Origin: Methanothrix sp.
GTDB taxonomy: Archaea > Halobacteriota > Methanosarcinia > Methanotrichales > Methanotrichaceae
Direction of reading: 5' to 3'
NCBI GenBank assembly: GCA_037128175.1
Contig: JBAXWY010000018.1
Span: 1-49,751 of the forward strand
DNA: 49,751 nt
Shown here: piece after piece, positions 35,919 to 45,481 of the stretch
Position numbering within the stretch: position 1 is the first letter of the stretch
Layout of the letters: every line of letters starts with the position of its first letter
Notes under the pieces: model-generated
What the model saw: only the letters and a program-made list of their open reading frames with translations
The model's database searches: none
What the model was told of the DNA's origin: nothing
Translations under genes and position numbers: made by a program

Positions 35919-38380
35919 TTCCCACCCCTCATGACCAATCGCAAAGCACCGTTCTCAGGGAAGTTCAGGTCGTTATCCAGCCGGGCAACCTCCAAACGGC
36001 CCATGGAGATGTAGCCCATCTCTAACTCGTAGTTGGCTATTATGCCGAATTTCTTAAAAACAGTAACATTCGACGATCTTACACCTTCGACAGTGTCGAT
36101 TGCCGCATAGATCTGGCTGAGGAAAAGAGACTGGCCAAAGGTGAAGTTATCAGGATGGAAGAAACCTCGTTGCTCATCGGGGAGAGACATGTTGCTTAGA
36201 GCTGTTATCAATGCCTTCTCCACATCTCCTCTGAAGTGATACGAGTCAACGCAGATTTCTGCCTCTATCTCCAGCGGCACATAGATGGGCCCATTGATCT
36301 TCAGATCGTATCCCGCTTGAGTAAAACGAGAGATCCAATTCTTGACTCTAAGCTTTAGCTCTGGAGTCACGTCGACACCACCGGACGGGTCAACGGTTAC
36401 AAAGACCGTATGCCAGCTACCTGTCCACCGGAAGGTAGCTACGGCCTTTGAAACCTCTGGACACTTTTCAGCAGCGAGGGCATAATCTTCTTCGGTAACT
36501 GCTCTGAGCTGCTCGGCATGAAAAGCTGCAGGAGCTATCTGCTTGACCTTTTCTATGGGCTCCGGGTCCGTGCCGCCATAAGCTGGCAAAGGATTTCGGA
36601 CAGGTTTTACAGTTGAGGAAGCGATATCGATCTTCGGCCATTTGTCCTTAACCTCAGGCTCTACGATATGGACCAGTGATTCAGAGCCCACGTTTCCGGC
36701 CGCGCCTACTCCTACCCTGTAGGAGACATTAATCAGGATCTCATTGCCTCCAGAATCACTTCCAGGCTCATAGTTCGGAGGCGCCATGCCATATTCCCCA
36801 TCACCAAAACGGATCATGGCACGGCCTTCATTATCCGGTTCGACCGCAAAATGCCGATCAAATGGGCCGCTGTTCATCAGATTTGGCTTTGCGGGTTCCC
36901 AGGATTCAGGTATAGAGGTGACTGTGAGCTGCAGTATTTGGGGGCTGGCCAGGTGAGGATCTGTAGCCTGCAGATCTGCGGCAGGGCTATCGCCGTCAGG
37001 TTCCTGCCGAAAACTTAAAGGCCCCTGATTGAGGTGAATGCGGTGAGGAAGAAACTGGCTTGGATACTTTGGCTTCTCTGGCCCCAGGTGACTCTCGCCC
37101 TCAATGCTACGACCGTGATCTGCGATTGCCATATTTCCTCTGGCTACGCTCATATTTTTCATCAGTTTGCCGTCATCACGAACTGAGGAAATACACAGCG
37201 GAAAGGTCAGAGCATCTTTCTTATCCCACTTGACTCTGGTTATTGCCTGGGGCAGTTTTGTGACGGGATCATGGATTGGATCATAAGTGAGCTTTACATC
37301 CGTTAGCCTGACCACCTGCCTGTGGTTTCTGTCTGCATCAGCTGCCAGCCCGGTATCAGGACCCATGACCTCTTCGAAGAGGATCGGGTCGCCTCGATGC
37401 AGGTCTTCGGTTAGATCTCCCAACAGATCCGTATTTGTGGTGCCACGAGGCAGGCAGCACTTCTCGTTGAACCATGTATAGATCGTGATATCATTAAGAT
37501 TATCACTAACTGCAAGATCATAAAGTGTCTCGAATACAACGTCTGCTGCAGCCACTGCCAGATCCTTCATCTCAGCCGGAATAACTGTCCCAGGAGGGCT
37601 GGATTCCCCGCCAAGGGGGACATCGATTCTAGTGAGGACCTGTGTTCCTTTTGGAATTTTGCCCTTTGATGTCACACGGAAATGAACAAATGTCCGGGCG
37701 CTGACTCCGTCATGCATGCAGTAATCGATGAGACCGGCATGCCTTCTAACGGAGACACGCTGTCGAGCCGTCTCAAGATACGCCTCGTTGGCCACAGCAT
37801 CCTGATAGTAGCTGAGCTGGTCACCGGCATAGGCCAGAAGCTCCAGGAGAGTTATACCCAGGTCTGCCTCGTGCCTTTCCTTCCAATCGGGCACGAGAGT
37901 AGGTATCAGATCAAGCAGAGCCTGGCGGAAGCTGGCATAATCCTTGGCCATGTAGTCTATGTTAGGCCTGGGTCCGGTTTTGGCAGGACAATCCTGTCGA
38001 GGCTTGCAGTCGAACCGGCTGGGGCAACCGGCCTTGAAACTGAAGTCGCACTGAGAATAGACCGGGTCCAGAAGATGGCTATCGATGACAAGCGAATAAT
38101 TGGAGAAATCCCCCGCCCGGTCCACCTCTACTTTCAGATGACCGTCAATCTCTTTCTTGACGCCAAGAACCTTAATGTCACGAATACGAACTCCGCCAAC
38201 AATACGCAAAGCCCCTGGATTTTCCTCTAGATGAAGAGCCGAAGGGTCCTTGAGAAAATATACATGGATAAATCGTTGAGCATCCAGGCTATCCGAAGAC
38301 ACTTCGATGAAATCGATCCCGTTAATATCCAGGGATCGTCGCCGCTCTTTGTTGCAGAATAGGTCTTTGTAAACCGCCAT
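35915..38380 (-). CDS. eCIS baseplate J-like protein (first copy)
   Basis: IDYMAKDYASFRQ, LSYYQDAVANEAYLETA, IRFGDG and RAVTEEDY motifs. Confidence 0.88.
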   Translation of the reverse strand: MAVYKDLFCNKERRRSLDINGIDFIEVSSDSLDAQRFIHVYFLKDPSALHLEENPGALRIVGGVRIRDIKVLGVKKEIDGHLKVEVDRAGDFSNYSLVIDSHLLDPVYSQCDFSFKAGCPSRFDCKPRQDCPAKTGPRPNIDYMAKDYASFRQALLDLIPTLVPDWKERHEADLGITLLELLAYAGDQLSYYQDAVANEAYLETARQRVSVRRHAGLIDYCMHDGVSARTFVHFRVTSKGKIPKGTQVLTRIDVPLGGESSPPGTVIPAEMKDLAVAAADVVFETLYDLAVSDNLNDITIYTWFNEKCCLPRGTTNTDLLGDLTEDLHRGDPILFEEVMGPDTGLAADADRNHRQVVRLTDVKLTYDPIHDPVTKLPQAITRVKWDKKDALTFPLCISSVRDDGKLMKNMSVARGNMAIADHGRSIEGESHLGPEKPKYPSQFLPHRIHLNQGPLSFRQEPDGDSPAADLQATDPHLASPQILQLTVTSIPESWEPAKPNLMNSGPFDRHFAVEPDNEGRAMIRFGDGEYGMAPPNYEPGSDSGGNEILINVSYRVGVGAAGNVGSESLVHIVEPEVKDKWPKIDIASSTVKPVRNPLPAYGGTDPEPIEKVKQIAPAAFHAEQLRAVTEEDYALAAEKCPEVSKAVATFRWTGSWHTVFVTVDPSGGVDVTPELKLRVKNWISRFTQAGYDLKINGPIYVPLEIEAEICVDSYHFRGDVEKALITALSNMSLPDEQRGFFHPDNFTFGQSLFLSQIYAAIDTVEGVRSSNVTVFKKFGIIANYELEMGYISMGRLEVARLDNDLNFPENGALRLVMRGGK

Positions 38381-38389
38381 ACTTTTCCC

Positions 38390-38764
38390 CTATTTTCCAA
38401 ACGCAGGTAAACTGAAACTATCCTTCATTTTCTGACCATTGTCTAGTCTAGTGTAGACCACTTCCACTGCCAGGCGCTCTTCCTGATTTGATATCTCTAC
38501 CTTCTCCACCTCTATCACATCTGAGAGCCAATGCTGCAGCGAACCCTGCACCAGGAATTGAGTGGCCGTGGCGAGAAGGTCGCTGTTGGGCATGAAGACC
38601 ATTTGCAGAAGGCCGCATCCGAAGTCCGGTCGGTTCACACGCTCTCCGGAACTGGTGAATAGAACCTGGTAGATCATGTCCCGGATGTGGTCGTCGGCAT
38701 CGGTTGTGGCTGCCTTACCTTTCACATCAACGCGAAAGGGAAAATCGAGATTAGATGATGACAT
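38390..38764 (-). CDS. GPW/gp25 family baseplate protein
   Basis: FPFR and VLFTSSGERVNRPDFGCGL motifs. Confidence 0.92.
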   Translation of the reverse strand: MSSSNLDFPFRVDVKGKAATTDADDHIRDMIYQVLFTSSGERVNRPDFGCGLLQMVFMPNSDLLATATQFLVQGSLQHWLSDVIEVEKVEISNQEERLAVEVVYTRLDNGQKMKDSFSLPAFGK

Positions 38765-38768
38765 GAGT

Positions 38769-39107
38769 TTACTCACTTTTGTCCATATCAATATTTAGAT
38801 TGACGTTGGCGGAAATTTCAGTCACTTGATTAGTTATAGGATCTTTAAAATTAAATGTAATCTTAATCAAGTTTTGATTATCTCTAAGATATCTGAGGAC
38901 ACCACGTGATATGGCCATGAACAGAAGACTGCGATCTTCTTTTCCCATATCGGAAAAAGGCGATGCTTTAACCTTTTCGAATACATATTTCATCTCTTCT
39001 TCGATAGCCAGGGCCATGCTTTCATCCATGGCTACGTTGTCGTCCAGACGAAATTTGCCCGGTTCATATTCATATGGTTTTCCTGGGTAAAGGTAAAGAT
39101 TCGTCAT
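38769..39107 (-). CDS. Hypothetical eCIS protein between spike and gp25
   Basis: 112-aa ORF with GGAGG RBS, tightly packed in the operon; no PAAR motif. Confidence 0.7.
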   Translation of the reverse strand: MTNLYLYPGKPYEYEPGKFRLDDNVAMDESMALAIEEEMKYVFEKVKASPFSDMGKEDRSLLFMAISRGVLRYLRDNQNLIKITFNFKDPITNQVTEISANVNLNIDMDKSE

Positions 39108-39120
39108 TCAATCCTCCAAA

Positions 39121-39789
39121 TTATCCCGTCCTGACTTTCATGGAGAGAAGTTCGGGCGTAGCAGGCGGCATGGGAGGCACCGGCGGCGCAGGAGTAACCG
39201 GAAAAACTCCCAGAGCCATCTCTCCAGGGTGCATATGAGTTTGGTAAATTATCACCATCTGGTTAAGATACCGTAAAAGCTGGTCGCCGAACACCAGAGG
39301 ATGGACGGCGTTTTCCACCAGCTCTATCTGAGGGGCATGCATCACCACTTTGAAGCCGGCCTTGATCTTGATCAGCTTCTCTTGCGCTTTTATTGTTATG
39401 ATGTTACTTCCATCCCCATCGCTCAAAGTGATCGTCTGGCCGGCGTCGTCCAGGTAGACCATCAATCCCTTTTCGCTGCGAAGGATCTTGATCTCGGGCG
39501 TGGTATCAGATTGTTTTTCATCTCGTGGCAACTGATTCTCGCCCCACCAGCAGCCGCTCCAGATGGGCCTGGAAACGTCGCCTGCCTCGAACTCTATCCA
39601 GACGCCAGCACCAGGCGGCGGAACTGTGAAGATGCCTGACCCGTTTCCGGCATAAGTAGCACATGGAAGCGCAAATCCTGATTCCAGGTCTCCTAACACT
39701 TCAGGGACCCTGGCCTTGATGCGCCCCAGATTTTGAGGATCATTGTTATCGGTGACAATGCCCCGGTATTTCCCGTAGAATGGCGGCAT
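39121..39789 (-). CDS. Baseplate assembly protein V / gp5 OB-fold spike
   Basis: FYGKYRGIV..N.DP..LGRI, VWIEFEAGD..RPIW.G; C-terminal HMH and Pro-rich tail. Confidence 0.88.
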   Translation of the reverse strand: MPPFYGKYRGIVTDNNDPQNLGRIKARVPEVLGDLESGFALPCATYAGNGSGIFTVPPPGAGVWIEFEAGDVSRPIWSGCWWGENQLPRDEKQSDTTPEIKILRSEKGLMVYLDDAGQTITLSDGDGSNIITIKAQEKLIKIKAGFKVVMHAPQIELVENAVHPLVFGDQLLRYLNQMVIIYQTHMHPGEMALGVFPVTPAPPVPPMPPATPELLSMKVRTG

Positions 39790-39845
39790 GCGAATTTCTT
39801 GTCTCCCTTGTCAATTGAAATAGTCGAAAGTGTTTCCCGAATAGA

Positions 39846-40982
39846 TCAGAGCCGAATTTGGGCATCCTCAGAGAAGTCTTCCCTTTTTGTCAGGCCCAGG
39901 GCATTTCGTCGCAGGGCGAAGCGCTGGACATATCCTTGTCCCTCTCCGGCAAAGACGTGCAGCACCTTTTCCACGTAATAGAGGCCGCTGAATTGTTTTC
40001 CTGCCCCTCTGACCAGGACCGGGCTCTTGGCGCGAAGAATTCCGCCGTAGGCAGCGGTGTTCAGCTCCCCCTCGGCGGTGATGGCCCAGGAGGACTCATC
40101 GACCACAGCCTGGGCATAGGTCTGAAGCTCGCCTGTACCTGCCAGACCCGTGCCGCTGAGAAGGACACGGCGCGGCCGGTCGCTCATGGCGGCAGGGCTT
40201 TTGCCCAGGTCTTTCAATGATGCCCCTTCGGCCATGGCCGGCTGGTCGGATTGGCTCTCAATCTCCAGGCCGGTGGCCTTTGCGATGACGGGCTTTAGCA
40301 TATCATATCTTGCCTTGAAGGAGTTGATGTTCGTCGCTTCGCCCATGTTTACAGTAAGAACACCTTGCGGCCGCTCATCTACTTTTGGCTTGTGGAAGTG
40401 GCCTGTAGCCCTGGCTGATCCGCCCGACAGGCTGGTCTCCACGTAGCATTCGTAGCCGTTTCGTTTTGCCAGCATTTGGAGAAACTGGATGTCGGTTCCA
40501 CGCTGAATGGTCTTGGTCTGGATCTCCTGATGCGAGATCGAAGTCGTCTCCACCTCTGCCTCAAAACCGTACTCGCTGAAGAGGGCCGAGGCGATGTCGC
40601 TGTCTGCCATGTCCGGCCAGGCTCTGACCTGCTCGTCCAGGTTCATGAGCACGGTGGGGTCCATGGCCACCACTTTCAGTACTGAGTTACCGGGATTATT
40701 GGAGAACTCGACATGGGCATCGATGACGTAGGAACTGATGAGCGTCATGGCCTGGCCTTTATCGAGGAATACCTCGACAGTGATGTTAGTCAGGCGGCGG
40801 AAGACGTCCTCGTCGAGGATGGTCCATTTCTCGCCGTTCTCGTGGATGGCTACAGACATCTGCAGCCGCAGCATATCCGCCATGCGGGCATGGTCCTCCA
40901 CCTCCAGCTGCTGGACGGCTGCCAGCAACTCTGTCGAGAGCGGCTTTCCATCGATCAGCAACCGGTAGGATATGCCAGCCAA
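39846..40982 (-). CDS. Phage late control D / gp27-like hub (VgrG N-terminal half)
   Basis: QRGTDIQFLQMLAKRNGY and G.G..FSGLYYV.KV.H motifs. Confidence 0.85.
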   Translation of the reverse strand: MAGISYRLLIDGKPLSTELLAAVQQLEVEDHARMADMLRLQMSVAIHENGEKWTILDEDVFRRLTNITVEVFLDKGQAMTLISSYVIDAHVEFSNNPGNSVLKVVAMDPTVLMNLDEQVRAWPDMADSDIASALFSEYGFEAEVETTSISHQEIQTKTIQRGTDIQFLQMLAKRNGYECYVETSLSGGSARATGHFHKPKVDERPQGVLTVNMGEATNINSFKARYDMLKPVIAKATGLEIESQSDQPAMAEGASLKDLGKSPAAMSDRPRRVLLSGTGLAGTGELQTYAQAVVDESSWAITAEGELNTAAYGGILRAKSPVLVRGAGKQFSGLYYVEKVLHVFAGEGQGYVQRFALRRNALGLTKREDFSEDAQIRL

Positions 40983-40988
40983 GGCTTT

Positions 40989-41270
40989 TCAGTCCTCTGA
41001 AGGCGGGATTAGGATCTTCTTTCCGGGATCTTTCACCAGGTTTTGGGGCCAGAGGTCCAAGTTGGCATCGCAGATGCGCCAGAACCGCTCCGGATCACGG
41101 AAATATCGATAAGCCAGGTTATCCAGCCGGTCCCCCTGGATTACAGTGTGAGACCTGTCCGCCGGAGTGTCAGCGATGAAGCGTACTTTCTTGTAGAGGA
41201 CCTCACGGCCTTCGCTGTCCTTGATTATATTGGATTCAACACGCTCGTAGCGACTTCCTTTGAAAAACAT
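40989..41270 (-). CDS. LysM domain baseplate protein
   Basis: MFFKGSRY...HTVIQGDRLDNLAYRYFRDPERFWRICDAN; start placed at ATG 41270. Confidence 0.88.
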   Translation of the reverse strand: MFFKGSRYERVESNIIKDSEGREVLYKKVRFIADTPADRSHTVIQGDRLDNLAYRYFRDPERFWRICDANLDLWPQNLVKDPGKKILIPPSED

Positions 41271-41341
41271 AATAGGCACCACTTCTAAGAGAAAATAACC
41301 GCAGCCTAAATCCATCATGAACCCAGGTCTCAACTCTGGCC

Positions 41342-41974
41342 TCACGGGTACTTCTTGGCCAGCCCCTCCTTCAAAGTCTGGTAGGTGATGAAGGTGTCTC
41401 TGGCCAGGCAGGGCTGGGGATATTCCATGAAGGTCAGCACCTTCATCCCCAGCTCCACCTTGGCCCGGATGGGGTTGAGCATCTGGTCGAACATCTCCTC
41501 GGTGACCGAGAAGCTGGTGAGCTGGATGGGGACGACGCGTGACATGCCCAGGAGGAGCAGGGTTGTGGGCAGCTCGTAAGAATTTATCTGAGATTTATTC
41601 TGCTTGGCCAGGTTGGCAATCTGCGTCTCCGCAGATACAGGAGGATACATAAGCAGCTCCAGTGCGGCGAGAGCCGGCTGGATACCGCTCTCCATTGCTC
41701 TGGGATTGGCATCTGGCTCGGCGAGCTGATCGGTTGCGTCCAGGATCACAGTCATGTTGATGGTCTCCACTGGAGGGCCTGCAACCTTCATCACATCCTC
41801 CTTGGCTCCGCCTGAGCTGCCCTGTTTTGCAGGCGGGGCGCGGGAGGCCAGCGTGCGCTTGAGCTGCTCCGGGTTATACTGGAAGGGTATCAGCCTGGTT
41901 GGCTGAGACTGGGCGTCATAGGTTGCAATCCCGCCTTTAATCATGGCGGGCCGGCCGGGGAAATCGGATGGCAT
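41342..41974 (-). CDS. CIS tube-initiator-like protein (Afp7/Pvc7 N-terminal type)
   Basis: FQYNPEQL.R and SFSVTEE.FD..LNPIRAKV.L motifs; start ATG 41974 or 41995. Confidence 0.8.
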   Translation of the reverse strand: MPSDFPGRPAMIKGGIATYDAQSQPTRLIPFQYNPEQLKRTLASRAPPAKQGSSGGAKEDVMKVAGPPVETINMTVILDATDQLAEPDANPRAMESGIQPALAALELLMYPPVSAETQIANLAKQNKSQINSYELPTTLLLLGMSRVVPIQLTSFSVTEEMFDQMLNPIRAKVELGMKVLTFMEYPQPCLARDTFITYQTLKEGLAKKYP

Positions 41975-41995
41975 GATTATTTCTACCATTTCCAT

Positions 41996-42125
41996 TTAAT
42001 TGAAAGCAAATAGATATCCTGCTGACAATTATCTTCTAAAATCAATACAATAATAAACTTTTAATTATTATATTGTTTATAGATATTATCACATTAATTA
42101 GCTCTTATCTACTATCCTAGACATG
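41996..42125 (-). promoter_or_regulatory. AT-rich intergenic region, probable terminator plus internal promoter for the baseplate genes
   Basis: Very AT-rich 130 bp with TATA-like CTATAAA and TTTATTA on the minus strand. Confidence 0.4.
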
Positions 42126-45100
42126 CTATTTTTTTGGAGGTAGTGATATTGGTGGCAAAACAGGTGAGTTAGGAAGCGGATTTGGCGCCATTTTCTTTAA
42201 GGATTCTATATATCGATCAATACATTCGTAATGAAATCTATATGCATTTGAATATTCAAAGGGCGCAATATTTTTATCAGGAATTTTTAATACCGTTTGG
42301 AAATCATACGGGCGCCAATTACCTAAATCATCAATAAGACCTTGAATATCCCCTTGAATAAAATGTCCTTCTTTCCATAACTCGTCTGCATATCTTCGGA
42401 TATCCATAATTGTTTTTTTGTTTATCCTTAAGGCATTCTTAGCGGTCAAGGCTTCCGCTCTAATAATTTGCTCGGCGGTTAATAATGCATCATCAAGTTC
42501 TTGGACACTACCTCCTTCTAGCTTTTCCATAGCAAAAGCTTTTCTTCCAGGTCCAACATCGACTTCGCCGTAAAACTTCGGCCCGACGCTTGTTTTACTA
42601 GCTGCCTCAGCTCCTTCAACCTCACGATAGAAAAGATCCAATAAATTCCTATCGTCAGCAGGGTATACTTTGATTACAACTGGTTCCTTGACGCCAGGAA
42701 TATTACCTTCATAAGCACCAAATCCTTTCCCTTTTTGGGCCAATGTACCTGCATGCTCAAGACCAGACAAAGGCCTTTCGGGATTAATTTTAAAGTTCTT
42801 ATATCCTTCAACAAATTGCTCTTCGGGTAACACTCCATCTAAACCAGAATTTATGAATACATTTCTGGCTATATCTTCCGTTTCGCCTGTCTGTTCCACG
42901 GCGCGAATCGCTTGTGCTGCCCTCACAAAAGAAGCGGCTGCAAGGACGATATCAGTCACCGACATCACGATCATAAGTGCCAGCCAGAATAGGCTCGGAT
43001 CCTGTTGCGAAATTGCCTTTGCCTTATCAAAAGTGTTACCCGTAGCTGCCTTTTGGATCTCGTAGTCCCGAATTCCCTCCAAAATACTGAGCCCACCAGT
43101 GCCAGCAAGTAGGCCAGCACCGAAGCTCCCAGCAAATGTCGCAACACTGCTTCCACCGCTAGGAATAGCAGCTAAGAGCGCACCAATGAGGCTAGCAAAG
43201 CCTAGTGTTAGCCTTCTTAACATCTCGCTATCTGCAACATCTTGTACCTTAGTGTCAACCACCTTATCCTCAACAGAACCAGGCTTAACTCCTAATTCTC
43301 TTTTGGCTCCGCTGATAATCGATCCTTGCTTCCAAATAAATTTATCATCATCTGCGACCCCGTATATTTCTTCTATGTTCCTGAGTTTCTGATCCATATC
43401 CACGCCAACTACTTGGCTCCTAGCTTCCTTGGATCCCTCGGCGATTACTTTAAGCTGATTAAGGCCTTCAGGAGGCCTAAATGAAGCCAAAATCGGATGC
43501 TGTGCTTCATGTCGTGTCTGCAGCACCACATATTCCTGTTGGGTCTTTTCAATATCCTCAGTGACCTGTTTATGGGCGGCTGGGTCTTTGATATGCACTA
43601 AGTTTTCATTGCACCTGAGTCGCATACCGCTTTCCTCGACATCAGTGCATGCGCTAGTCTTCTCTTCAAAACTCTCGCGCTTATTATTCAGATTCGTTAA
43701 ATCATTATATTTATTAATAATATCATTAGCAGCAGTTACCATATCTCCAGTATCTTTATTCCCATTTAAGCTATAAGTTGTAGAGGAAATGGTTATTCCG
43801 CCACCATATACCATATGGCTTGACCTTGTGATCTTCTGGCTTAGACCATATTTCTCCGCCTCTTTTTCAACAACTTTCTTGCTATCCGCCAAGACTGTTT
43901 TCAGGTAGTCAATCGCCTTAGGTCTGAATTTGCTTTTAATATATTCTTTGGCATAATTTTCTAAGCTTTCCAATAATCTGTTAAGAATAGGTATTATCCG
44001 TCCTCGCAGCCTAAACTGCTCAGGGGACCAACCATCATTGAATCTATAAGACATAATGAAATTTGAAGCCCCTCTAAAGCCATCCTTTCCAATAACTTTT
44101 TTAAGCACTGTTTCAAGCACTTGTTCATCGGGGGACATTGCAAATCCCCCATAATACTCGGTATCGCCTTCAATCCTTGTTTGGACGGTAGCTCTAGCTG
44201 CGGGGTATTCTCTAGGGTCCCATCTGCCACCATCTACACGTTGAACCACCGATTTGCGTCCATAAAGCATGCTTTCTTGCTGTATGACGTGTGTAAGTTC
44301 ATGAGCCAATAGTTGTCGCCCTTCTTTTGTATCAGGAGCATACCACTGATTTCCAAAGACGATGTTATTCCCAAATGCAAATGCTTTCGCATTCACCTTC
44401 CTCGCCGCCTCTGCCGCCTCTGAACCCACATACACCTTGACACCACTGAAATCATGCTTAAAGCGTGGCTCAAAGAAAGCACGTGAAGCACTGTCAAGAG
44501 GCTGTTCTGATCGAAGATTACTAATAAGGCGATCAGTTACTGATTCGCTTGCTCGATTGGATCTAGTTCTGCGCTGCAAAAGCCTTTTCTCTTCATCTTT
44601 TGGGCATACGGCACATTTTTGCTTAAATTTATATTCTACTATCTGCTCAGCTATCCTATCTGCCTTTCTATCCTCAGAACTGCTTTGGATAATGGTACTG
44701 TGTCCAGAAAGTAATTTGGTTTGCAGATGCTTCTCTTCTTCCTTTTTTAACTCATCCTCTTCGAAAGTGCCTCTCTCTCTCTGGATCAGGAGAGTACTCT
44801 GGCCTGGAAGCAGTTTAGCTTGAATGTGCTTTTCCTCATCTTCTTTTTTCTCTTCTTTTGCCTCAGCATCTGTTTCTCTTTGGATCAGTAATTCACTTTG
44901 GCCAGAAATAAATTTGGTTTGAAGAAGCTTCTTCTCATAATCGTCCTTTTTATCTGTATCTTCTCGATTCTCTGACAGCACTAAAGATGCTGTTTGAATC
45001 GAGATCGGTTTAATCTGAAGGCGTTTTTCTTCATCGTCCTTTTCCTTCTCTGATGCTAACCCTTGGGCCTCAGGATCGGGCATCCGCATTACTGCATCCG

Positions 45101-45353
45101 CAACCTGATCCGCTTCCTTCTCGTACTCATCATCAGGAGGATTAACGACGAGCTTGGCCTGGATTTGCTTTGACTGGAGAATGCCCTGAACTAACTGATT
45201 GCCAAAAGCTTGCTGCTGCGCCAGTATCGAATTTGGCGAGTACTCAGCCAAGACTAGCTTACTCTCACTCGTTGCTGGCCTGATTAGACGGCTTTCATGC
45301 GCTTTATTTTGATGCATTACATGATCAGGCATTTTATCACAATTCCCAGGCAT
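42126..45353 (-). CDS. DUF4157 (eCIS core domain) protein with hydrophobic segment and C-terminal kinase-like domain; candidate effector
   Basis: IQAKL.V..P.D.YE.EAD, FFEPRF..DFSGV, A.AFAFGNNIVF and LLAHELTHVIQQ; C-terminal VVIKVY / REVE / AMEKLEG / QGD / YDF. Confidence 0.85.
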   Translation of the reverse strand: MPGNCDKMPDHVMHQNKAHESRLIRPATSESKLVLAEYSPNSILAQQQAFGNQLVQGILQSKQIQAKLVVNPPDDEYEKEADQVADAVMRMPDPEAQGLASEKEKDDEEKRLQIKPISIQTASLVLSENREDTDKKDDYEKKLLQTKFISGQSELLIQRETDAEAKEEKKEDEEKHIQAKLLPGQSTLLIQRERGTFEEDELKKEEEKHLQTKLLSGHSTIIQSSSEDRKADRIAEQIVEYKFKQKCAVCPKDEEKRLLQRRTRSNRASESVTDRLISNLRSEQPLDSASRAFFEPRFKHDFSGVKVYVGSEAAEAARKVNAKAFAFGNNIVFGNQWYAPDTKEGRQLLAHELTHVIQQESMLYGRKSVVQRVDGGRWDPREYPAARATVQTRIEGDTEYYGGFAMSPDEQVLETVLKKVIGKDGFRGASNFIMSYRFNDGWSPEQFRLRGRIIPILNRLLESLENYAKEYIKSKFRPKAIDYLKTVLADSKKVVEKEAEKYGLSQKITRSSHMVYGGGITISSTTYSLNGNKDTGDMVTAANDIINKYNDLTNLNNKRESFEEKTSACTDVEESGMRLRCNENLVHIKDPAAHKQVTEDIEKTQQEYVVLQTRHEAQHPILASFRPPEGLNQLKVIAEGSKEARSQVVGVDMDQKLRNIEEIYGVADDDKFIWKQGSIISGAKRELGVKPGSVEDKVVDTKVQDVADSEMLRRLTLGFASLIGALLAAIPSGGSSVATFAGSFGAGLLAGTGGLSILEGIRDYEIQKAATGNTFDKAKAISQQDPSLFWLALMIVMSVTDIVLAAASFVRAAQAIRAVEQTGETEDIARNVFINSGLDGVLPEEQFVEGYKNFKINPERPLSGLEHAGTLAQKGKGFGAYEGNIPGVKEPVVIKVYPADDRNLLDLFYREVEGAEAASKTSVGPKFYGEVDVGPGRKAFAMEKLEGGSVQELDDALLTAEQIIRAEALTAKNALRINKKTIMDIRRYADELWKEGHFIQGDIQGLIDDLGNWRPYDFQTVLKIPDKNIAPFEYSNAYRFHYECIDRYIESLKKMAPNPLPNSPVLPPISLPPKK

Positions 45354-45481
45354 TACTTAAGAATCATAAGCAATCAACAGTCCAAACGGATGATGGCTCA
45401 TTTGGATGATTTTGTCAAACCCAATTCTTTAGAGGCTATTGACTTCGATACAAACGGCTCTATCAGTTATTACAATCACTA

